DNA of 64,000 bases, from NCBI GenBank assembly GCA_918797485.1, contig CAKKNE010000001.1:5766001-5830000 (forward strand), in the 5' to 3' direction. The position numbers and the translations under genes are program-made. The stretch comes from Pelagomonas calceolata (taxonomy: Eukaryota). Position 1 is the stretch's first letter. Every line of letters begins with the position of its first letter. The notes under the pieces are model-generated. The model was given only the letters and a program-made list of their open reading frames with translations, was not told the DNA's origin and did not search any database. This document shows, piece by piece, positions 53,386-62,350 of this stretch.

Positions 53386-54069
53386 TTTTTACGCCGCGGG
53401 CGCTTGTTGAAACCGTCTCGAAGGTGTGTAGGGGGGAAGCGAGGGTGTATTTAGGAGGGTGAAACATGGTTATGTCTGCACTGGTTCGCTTACGGCCGCG
53501 TGAGCGCTCTGTTTTTGCCGGCGCTGCAGAGAGCTAAATCGAGCCAAATAGTACTTTTCCAAACGCGCCTCGTAGACATCGAGGGACGTGAAGAGCGGCA
53601 TCCGAAGAGAGAAAGACCTCTATCGCGGCAGAGAGTGTAAAACCCGCACGATGGGGAGAGAAGCCCCTGGTTCTAACGCCAAAACTTCCTTAGCAACCCC
53701 GAGGGGTCTTTTGAGGTCCCAAGGTGTACTCCCGAAATAGAAAAACGCGGTTTAGACGCACCGACCAGACGCGCGCGCCCGCTCAGGTAAGGAATTGAGC
53801 CCGGAGTACTTGCCCCTCGCAGAGGTCCTCGATCTCCGCAGGCAGTCCTGCGACGCATCTCCGGGGGTAGACCTCCAGCTCACTCGCTCTCCCAGCGCCA
53901 AGCCCGAGCGCTGCAACGCGCCCAAGCTCTCCGGACAAAACCACGCTCTTAGCGTCACAAAGGGCTGCCCCCATCGCCGCGGCAGACACACAGGGGCTGC
54001 CCCAGCACCGAAGCACCCAACGCCATCGCCGCGAGAGCGTCGACAAGAGGGCTGCCGCAAAAAAGTACC

Positions 54070-55373
54070 ATGGGCAGCGCCGCCAGCCGCTGCCCGGACT
54101 GGGACGCCAAGCCCTGCGAGGCCATCAACGATGTTGATGGGGGAACGCCGTGCGACGTGCCGCGCGATGAGCTCGAGAAGGCGAAGGAGCGCTACGACGC
54201 GCTGAAGCGAGAGCACCGCAAGGACCAGGCGGCCCTCGCGACGGCGGGCGACGCGCTGCTCGAGGAGCTGGGCCTCGCCGTCGCCTTCCACGACGCCGGG
54301 TCGTGGACGCGCGTCGTCGCCCGCAAGAACGTCCCGGATCCAGTCAGCGAGACGCACGAGCCGCACGAGCACATGCACGAGCCGCACTCTCCGGGCACGT
54401 GGCTGCTGCGGGAGCGGCTCCGGAAGAAGCACCCCGAGGGCGAGGTTGGGTTGGTAGAGGACTTGGTCCGGGCGTCGAACAAGTCGCACGACAAGCGCGC
54501 GCCGCAGATCGTCGTGGCCTTTTGCGACGGCACGGAGACGGCGCACACGGCCTACCTCTGCGCCAAGAACTTGATCCGGCCGAACTCGAAGGACTGCCTC
54601 ACGGTCGCGACGATCGAGTCCGACTGCCACGGCCACGACGCCAAGCACCAGCCCGCGGCGATCCGCCACCGCTATGTGCGCTTCCAGTGTGTTATCCTTC
54701 GATCGCGGCGATGGCGTTCACTGGTCGATCATCAACACAGGAGACGGACCTCACGACGTTCCTCCCTAAAAAGAGGTGGCAGTTCATGCACGTGCCCAGG
54801 TCCGCCGTCGAGCCGTCCAAGGTCGTCGCGGCCTTTGCGAACGACCGCGCCAAGATGCACACGGCCGCGCGCGCGCACCCCGATCCGACGGCGCTCTGCA
54901 TCGGCTTCTCCGGCCGCTCCTCGAAGAAGAGCGACCCCACGGTCGTCGGGCAGGTCGCGGACATGTCGATGAGGAGCGTATTCTGCCCGATAGTCGTCTG
55001 CAAGCACGCGCCCGTCAACGCGACAAAACGCCACTTCGTCTACATCGCGGACGCGACGGACCGCTGCATCGACGGCATGAAGATCCTCGACGGCTTCCTC
55101 CAGAAGGATGATCGGCTGACCTTCCTGCACTCCCTGACGCACGGCTCCGAGGAGGGGCTGGTGCGGTGCTTCCGCGAGTACGAGAAGCGATCGAACTTCG
55201 AGTTCATCGCGGACGACGCGTCGACGCTCGACGTGCTGCGCGAGCGGGAAAGCCTCGTCGACGTCGACTACGTCTGCGTCGCGACGCGGCCCAAGAAGGA
55301 GCGCGGCTCCTTCGCGGACGCGCTCGTCCGCCACCACGCGGGCAACATCATCATCATCAAGAGCGTCGCCTAG
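54070..55373 (+). CDS. Universal stress protein (USP)-like tandem domain protein; exons 54070-54675, 54741-55373
   Basis: IVVAFCDGTETAH.AY, IGFSGR...VGQVAD....V.CPIVVCK, GSFADALVR; 65-nt intron. Confidence 0.65.
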
Positions 55374-55510
55374 GAGGTGCCATGCTGAAGAAAGACCTAA
55401 GACTTTCCCCCGCACGTAGACTGCCCTTCCAGGCGCCCCCGTCGAGGCGTCCTTCCCTCCCTCCCGCTGCTTGCACCCCCGCATGCGTCAAGCATGCGTC
55501 TGTCGATTTA

Positions 55511-55533
55511 GCTAGCGGTCGTAAGACACTAGC
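55511..55533 (-). promoter_or_regulatory. Conserved intergenic quasi-palindrome, copy 11 (plus: gctagcggtcgtaagacactagc)
   Basis: Reverse complement matches copy 1 at 22/23; upstream of ATG 55824. Confidence 0.7.
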
Positions 55534-55823
55534 AAGCGTGGTGCAGCCAGCCGGAGCTGGTGAGCCAGGGTGGAGCGCCCGCGGGTGGCGCGACCGCTGG
55601 GAGAACCGCTGTCGTGATACATCAAGAAATCGCTCAAATTGGCGGGCCGCCGGCCACGGTGTGCGTCAAACCCCTGCCAGCAGTGATCTCGTGCACTTGA
55701 GAGCAACTTGCATACTCGCGCCCCGCGGACGTTAATTACTCGCGGGAGGGGTATCCGGTGCGGGTCTGCTCCTGCGGGTTCGTTGCCCTTAGGCAGGAAG
55801 CTGCCGCGCGGGCCGCCGCACCG

Positions 55824-57446
55824 ATGAAGCCATCTATGTTCCCCCTGCTGCTGGTGCTGATCCCCTCAGCACACAATTCCTTCCGGCCAACCACGCTCCG
55901 CGTCAACAAACCACGGCCTCGTCGACGACGGAGCCGGCTGTACATGGCGCGCAGGGACGTGTCCCTCCAGTACACGACCGGCGAGAAGACGTTCGACTGG
56001 GGCCAGCTCGTCAAGGAGGATCGGGGATTGGAGTGGATCCGGCTCCGCGCCTTGCTAGGCGACGCGGACACGCGGCGGCCGCCCTTTTTTCCGCTCAAGT
56101 GTTCTTGCGAAAGTCGCGACGCGCTCGAGGCGTTGGCCGCGGCTGCTCTGGAGCATGTGGCACTGAGACGCTCCACACAAGCGGCCGACGCTATTAGAGA
56201 GAGATGCAAAGTAGTGAAGGCGTCGGCCTCGGGCGACGCCGACGCCCAGGCCTTCTGCGACGCGATTAACAGCGTGCTGACGGGCAACACCGCTTTATTA
56301 CCGGCGACGACGCCGCCGCGCGGGGCGTGCGGCGACGCCTACGCCAAGTTCGCCGCCGAGGTCGAAAGCGCGAGGGAAGAGGTCGACTTCTGCCTGAGTC
56401 TCCCAGACCGGAGGCGGGGCGCCCTCGACGTCGAGGTCCAACGGGGAGTTGATCTAGCCCCGATGACCGCGACGCGGGCGTTGAACGAGGCCTCGAATTC
56501 ATTGTTGCGAGCCGCGGCCTACGGCGACCGGTCGTCCGTCGAAGAAGTAAGGGTGGGGCTCGTCGCGCTCCAAGCGGAGCTGTCGGGTTTGGATGGATAC
56601 GTGCCCGACGCCTGCGACGCGTACCTCGATAGGTTGCAGGCCCTCGCGACGGCGGAAGGCGAGTACGACCCTCGAAAAGCGGAAGTCGAGGAGAATGCTT
56701 TGGCGACGTTCTACGCGGAAGGTGCGGCTCGAGCGCCGGCGGCAGCTCTAGGTGACGCCTACGCCGTGGCTCTGCAACGCTTTTTGGGGGAGCTGACGCG
56801 GCGCGGCGCGATCGCCGGCGGCGGCGGCCAGGCCCCCGACTTTGAGGAAGATTCCGAGGAGGACTACCCGTCGGCGGTCGCGCGCTACGCCAATCCACTC
56901 TTCTCGAGGGTCAACGTCGATTTCGCGGAGTGGGAGATGAAGCTGAGGAGACGGCTCTCGCTCGCGCGCGGCTCGCAGGGCATCGACAACCTGCACCCGC
57001 CGGACTTTGTCGGGACCTGGCGCGTCACGCTGGTGGACGAGGCCGTCGCGGCGGCGGGCGGGCCGCTGGTCGCGTACGATGCGTCGGTCACGTCTTCCGA
57101 CGCGTCCGAGCGGCCCGTGTCGGTGACGTTCGAGGACGGCGGGTCCGTGCGGATGGACGCGCCCGCTCCCAGTGCGTTAAAGCTGCGGCCGCCGCGGTGG
57201 CGCGTGCGGGCGGGGCCCGCCCATTTGGACACGTGCGAGTTTGAGGTCGACGTGGCCGGCGGCCGCGTCGCCTTCTGCGGCTACGTCGACCGGGGCCAGC
57301 GCATCGAGGCGCGGTTCTCGCGAAGGCCCATCCGCGTGTCGGGCTTCGCCTTCGAGAAGGGCGACTCGCCGCGGCGGCTGGACAGCGACGCGCGGCCGTC
57401 GGGCCAGTTCCGGATGTCGGGGCCCGCGCGGGATAAGGAGGAGTAG
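55824..57446 (+). CDS. Hypothetical protein, probable signal/plastid presequence
   Basis: 540-aa ORF; hydrophobic N-terminus followed by an Arg/Ser/Thr-rich stretch. Confidence 0.65.
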   Translation: MKPSMFPLLLVLIPSAHNSFRPTTLRVNKPRPRRRRSRLYMARRDVSLQYTTGEKTFDWGQLVKEDRGLEWIRLRALLGDADTRRPPFFPLKCSCESRDALEALAAAALEHVALRRSTQAADAIRERCKVVKASASGDADAQAFCDAINSVLTGNTALLPATTPPRGACGDAYAKFAAEVESAREEVDFCLSLPDRRRGALDVEVQRGVDLAPMTATRALNEASNSLLRAAAYGDRSSVEEVRVGLVALQAELSGLDGYVPDACDAYLDRLQALATAEGEYDPRKAEVEENALATFYAEGAARAPAAALGDAYAVALQRFLGELTRRGAIAGGGGQAPDFEEDSEEDYPSAVARYANPLFSRVNVDFAEWEMKLRRRLSLARGSQGIDNLHPPDFVGTWRVTLVDEAVAAAGGPLVAYDASVTSSDASERPVSVTFEDGGSVRMDAPAPSALKLRPPRWRVRAGPAHLDTCEFEVDVAGGRVAFCGYVDRGQRIEARFSRRPIRVSGFAFEKGDSPRRLDSDARPSGQFRMSGPARDKEE

Positions 57447-57453
57447 TATATTC

Positions 57454-59243
57454 TTACGCATCACCCGGCGGCGACATCTCGAGGGCGCGGATTGCGGCTT
57501 CGTTTGCAGCAATCTGCGCTTCGTTTGCAGCAATCTCCGCCTTATACACTCTCATGTCCGCAATGGCTGCTGCCATTACTGCTTCGCGTGCAACCATCTG
57601 CGTCTTGAGAGTCGACGCATCGACAGCGGTTTGCAGGGACCGCTCGATCTCCACTGTTCTCGGGTGCGCGCCACCGAGCACGCGCCGCGCGATCCGCCTC
57701 GCGTCCTCGAGCGTCGTCACAGCCTCGCGGAGATCGGCGAGCGTGGAACTCTGGTTCAGGAGCGCCTGCGCATAATTACATCGCATCGTGAGCGTGGTCT
57801 CATTGCCCTCTCCGAGAACACGCCGCGCCACAGGTATCGTTTTGCGCCACAGCCACAGGGCATCTGCGAAGCGCTGTAGACGAAGAAGGGAATCTGCGTA
57901 GTTGTTGGCTGCTGCGAGGGTCATTCCATTTTCTTCGCCATTGAGCTTCAACCATCCGGAGTATACGTCTCGTTCGATCCGTAGAGCCTCTTCACGCCGT
58001 CCAAGTCTGTTATACGAACACGCAAGATTGCCCTGCACGACGAGCACGTCTTCTTCCGATGCGCCAAAGCGCCGCATCATAGACAAAAGTGCCTCTCTCA
58101 CGGTCAACGCGTCCTCGTCGTGGCGTGCGGAGGATAAACCGCTCCCAAGCACGTTCATCGCAGTTCCCCGAACCCAGTTCCTGTCCGGCCGGCCCGCGTA
58201 CGTCTTCCAGCACGCCCACCCAAGCGCGCCAGCCACGACGCCGTGGTAATTTTGCTCGCACAAGCTGCAGCCGGACCACCGTCCCCACCTCTCAAACGAG
58301 ACCTTGTAACCCAAATTATTCTCCTCGGCCTCCGCGACCAAAATCTTCGCCTGCTCCGCCAGACACGTCACGTGCGCGAAACCCGCCGTCCCGCGGCACG
58401 CACACATGCGCACGAGACCCTCCTTCGTCTTCCAGTGGAGGGCCTGCGTGCAGATGTAGCACGTCTGGCCTTTCACGTCCTCGGCGCACGCCTCGACCGC
58501 GACCGCGACGGCCTCCTTGTATTTTTTGTCGGCGTGGTATTGCTCTGCGTTGCCGCCGCGGTGTATCTTCTTACACATCTGCTTGTGGCCGCGGCGCCAG
58601 TGGTCATGCTGGCAAGTGGCGTTACAGTAGCGCAACGTGCTCACGTACATACAAAAATACAGCAAGCGGCGTGCTTTTTACAGGGACGTCGCGGCCGTCA
58701 TTCATACGCATTTAATGACTAAATGGAAGCCGCGCAAACGGAAGGAAGAACGCTTCTACTTGATTCTACCCTACGACGACTTACTGGAGACGGTACCCTT
58801 TGCAGGTGAATTACGGAAACACGCTTTACCTCTATTACCAAAGCTCGTTCGAGACACGGTCCGAGGCCCGCAAATAGTCAAGAAATTATGCCCTCCATTG
58901 TGGACTAAATTACTGAACTCGCGAAGATTGGCCGAGGAGTGCACGCGCGTGGCGACTGCTGCATTTACAGGACCGTGCCCCTGCTGCCGATTTCCCGATG
59001 CCTCGCGTAGAGCCACGAAGGGCTGCGCCGAGCCGCACGTCGCCACCATCGACCCGACAATTTTAAGGTCACCGGTAATGAACGGAATCTTCGGCATGGG
59101 CGCGGAAGGGGATTCACTTCCTCCCAAGAAACTGGCTATTAAAACACTAAGTAGCGCAACTTACATCTAACGCATCGCGGCGCGTCGTGGGCCAGTGGGG
59201 CGGCGCAGGCCGCGCATGTTGTAAGGATCCCAGGCGCATCCAT
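57454..59243 (-). pseudogene. MYND-RINGv-TPR paralogue interrupted by a 513-bp insertion
   Basis: 5' part MDAPGILTTCAACAAPLAHDAPRCVRCKLRY (59243-59151) resumes as LRYCNATCQHDHW at ~58635. Confidence 0.75.
58637..59149 (+). mobile_element. Insertion with 11-bp target-site duplication; possible Penelope-like retroelement fragment
   Basis: agtagcgcaac at 58626-58636 and 59150-59160; AT-richer; ORF with CPC..F...HVATIDPTIL...GMG. Confidence 0.7.
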
Positions 59244-59403
59244 GTTTGCGGACGCTTTGCGTTTGGAAAAATCAATTCTGAAAACCCGTCCTCTGGCTGC
59301 CGGCCTCGGGTTTTACCTTGCAACCGGGCTCACTCGAGTCTCGCGGGGCCACAGCGGATGACTAAATACCCCTAGGAGTAGAGAAAAAAAACAAACAAAC
59401 AAC

Positions 59404-61964
59404 TTAGAGCGCCACCGTCTCCGAAGCCGCCTCGACGCCGTTGTCGCCATCCGACCTTAAAGATGGCTGCACGTAGCGCGACAGGTCGTCCACCTCATCC
59501 AAGATGGCCTCCTCGTCGCCGCGCGACGCGAGCTCCATGGGCAGGTGGTGCGCGACCGACGACGACGTCGTGTAGAGCGTCTTCATCCGCACCTGATACA
59601 GGTACGTGACCGCGCTCAAAGCTAGAGTTAAATACCCCTGCATGTAGGCCTTTTTCGAGAAGAAGAGCCCGACCATCGTGAACTGCGTCAAGAAGACACT
59701 GAATAAAATTCGACGGTAGAACCGCGGCCACAACAACCCGCCACTCTCAAAGAGCGGCTCGTAGACAAAAAGCAGCTGGTGCCGGTAGACTACCGAACCA
59801 ATACTAAAGAACAAGAGTCCAGGCACCAGCACGACCGGCGACATGACGACATAAACCATCATGACGACGACGACCAACAGATCTTGCGCACCATATTTCC
59901 CAAAGGAAAACCAGCCCGGCCCGGCGATGTCTCGCAACCCAAGAAAGGCGTGCTTCCGGTCTTGTTGTGTAGCGGACGGGTAGATCAACCTTTTCAACGT
60001 CTGCTGCGCCGCCGCGACACCGCGACATAATTCTAAAGGAAGCCCCGCAAAGGCCTTCATAAACACGTAACAGCAAAAGAACGCGCAGACGCGCGGCAGC
60101 GACCCGCCTAGTAGTGAAAAGGTCGACGCCGGCTCCTGGAGGATCTCCTCGATCGAATTCACGACGCTGCCCGAGATCGTCGTCACCAGCAAGACATTAA
60201 TGATCTGAAAAGAATAATAACGAGACATCTGCAATAACGTGTTCTCGGTCCAGGAGTGGCAGCCCTGCCAGACTCCTAAACCCAGGAACAGGGGCGGCAA
60301 TAACAGCATGATGCCGACCAGGGCCATGGGCTGGATCGTCTTCACGAAGGCGTCCGCTATAAACGAGCTCTTCACGAGATTGTTTATCGATGAATAGCGG
60401 TCGCACAAAGCTGTTTCCGACAGAGCCATCGCGACCAACGTCACGGGCACGACGTAGAACACCAGCAACAATACCACTAAACAATCGGCAATAGCGCCGC
60501 GCGTCGCCCGCGTGTTCGTGTCGAATCCGATATTCCTCCAAATGACGTCGCGCGGCTCCGGCGCGGGCGTGGCCACTAAACCGCCCGGCGCCTCGGCGTG
60601 GAAGACCTGCGTCGCGACGGCCGCGCCGCTCAGCGTCCGGAAGCCGACGAAGCCGGCGCCGAAGGAGGGCCCCATCTTCCCCGGCGGCCGTCTTCCTGAA
60701 AGCAGGCCCGTCGTCTCCTCGCTCGCGCGGCCGCCGCGCAGCGCGGCCCAGGCCGCGGCCCAGGGCGCCTCGACGTCCTCCCACCTGCGATCGGCGCGAC
60801 CGTCGGGGTACTCTCGTCGCGTCGATGGCGTGCTGGCGGGGTAGACGTACGGCGTACGCCATCGCCGCGGGGAAAAGAAAAAAGGACGCCGCCCGCGCAC
60901 TCGTCGTCCGCCTCCCAGGCGCCGCTCGAGAGCCGCGCGACGTTAGGGTGTTCACCGTTCTTCTCGCCATTCACCGGCGCCGCCGCTTGACCAGAAGCGA
61001 CGAGCGGCTCCTGCGCCGCGGCGCGCTGGCGCTCTCTCACAAGCCGGTCGTCGCGCTCGGCGGCGCGCTCGTCGTGTAATCTTAAACGTGCCGCCGCGTC
61101 GAGGGACCGCGTCCAGAAGAGCGGGTCGTAGGCGTCCTCCAGCCGCGCGTGGGCCTTATCAACACAGGACAAACCCCGGCCCTTGTGCTGCGCCCTTCTA
61201 CGGCGCAGGCGCGCCGCGCGCACCCTATGGGCGTCGCGCGCCGCGATTAATGAATCGAGCGTCGCCGTCCGCCGCGCGCCGACGGCGCCCACGACCTTGC
61301 CCGGGTAGAGCTCGTCGAAGTAGGTGGCTAGTTGGCGAGAGCCCCGCAGCTTCGGCGGCAGGCGCCTCACGAACACAACGCGCGCGTCGGGCCTTTCTAA
61401 TAAGAAGCGGTGCCGCAATCGCGTGTACCAGCGGCACTCCCTTCCTAACCAATGGAAGGTTATTGATGTTAATATCACAATACCAAGCAGGTGCGCCCAG
61501 AGCCGCGGGTCCCTTTCGGGAATCACCGCTAGCGACAAGCGCGTGAACAAGTTCGGTAAAGAGGGCCCATCGTCATAAGACGCGCTCATGTTAACGATCA
61601 ACAAAATAACGGCGTAGGGCGCGAAGCTCCCGAAGATCTTCAGGGACAGCGCCTGGAAGCGCAGATACACAAGGACGTCGTAGCCGCCAATAGCTAAGAT
61701 CTGCTCCTCGTCCAGACGCATGAGCGGCGCGACCCATTGTAACGGGTAACTTGTGGGCAGCGGCGGCGGCGTCGCGTGGCCTAGATTGATTCTAGGAGAG
61801 TAGGTCCGCGGCGTCTTGCGCCGCACGCATTCATACACTGCTAGGCAGCAGAGGCCGAAGAACAGATTGGCCAATGCTACTACAATAACAGTGGTCATAT
61901 CCAGGTTCTCCGGCTGGGCGTAGGCCGACGGGTCCGCGAGCCAGCTGGGGATTAGGTCCCACAT
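59404..61964 (-). CDS. OSCA/CSC1/TMEM63 mechanosensitive channel; exons 61964-60901, 60784-59404
   Basis: G.DVLVYLRF, APEPRDVIWRNI, YY.FQIINVLLV, YRHQLLFVY...ESGGLLWP. Confidence 0.92.
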
Positions 61965-62350
61965 GCTTGTTGTGCACTAGCTCTCACAGCAGCTATTTGT
62001 CGTCGATGAATCTGCAGGGTGTCGGCACTGCTTTGTGCTATCAGTCACTGAGCACTACGTCTCGAGCAATGCGATCTCAGCCTGCACCAAGCTCGAGCTC
62101 GAGCGCTCATTCATCGAACCGGGTTTTTCGCGTCGATCGCAGGCATGCGTCCGGCCTGCCACCGATGCCTCCCGCGAGAGACGGAGTGCTCCCAATCTCG
62201 TGCGGGTGCGCCACCCCGGCCGAACCGCCACAGTTGTTGCCCAAAGCGTCGGTGCTAATTCGCGCGCACGCAAGGCTGTACGCCAAACGGCGTCGACGCG
62301 TCACACGTCCAAAAAGCGCCGCGCGCCGCAGCGGGCAGCCCGCCGCAGCC

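Noticed and set aside
53690..53720. Phage-terminator-like hairpin (tagcaaccccgaggggtcttttgagg)
   Set aside because: Short and single; no phage or vector context.
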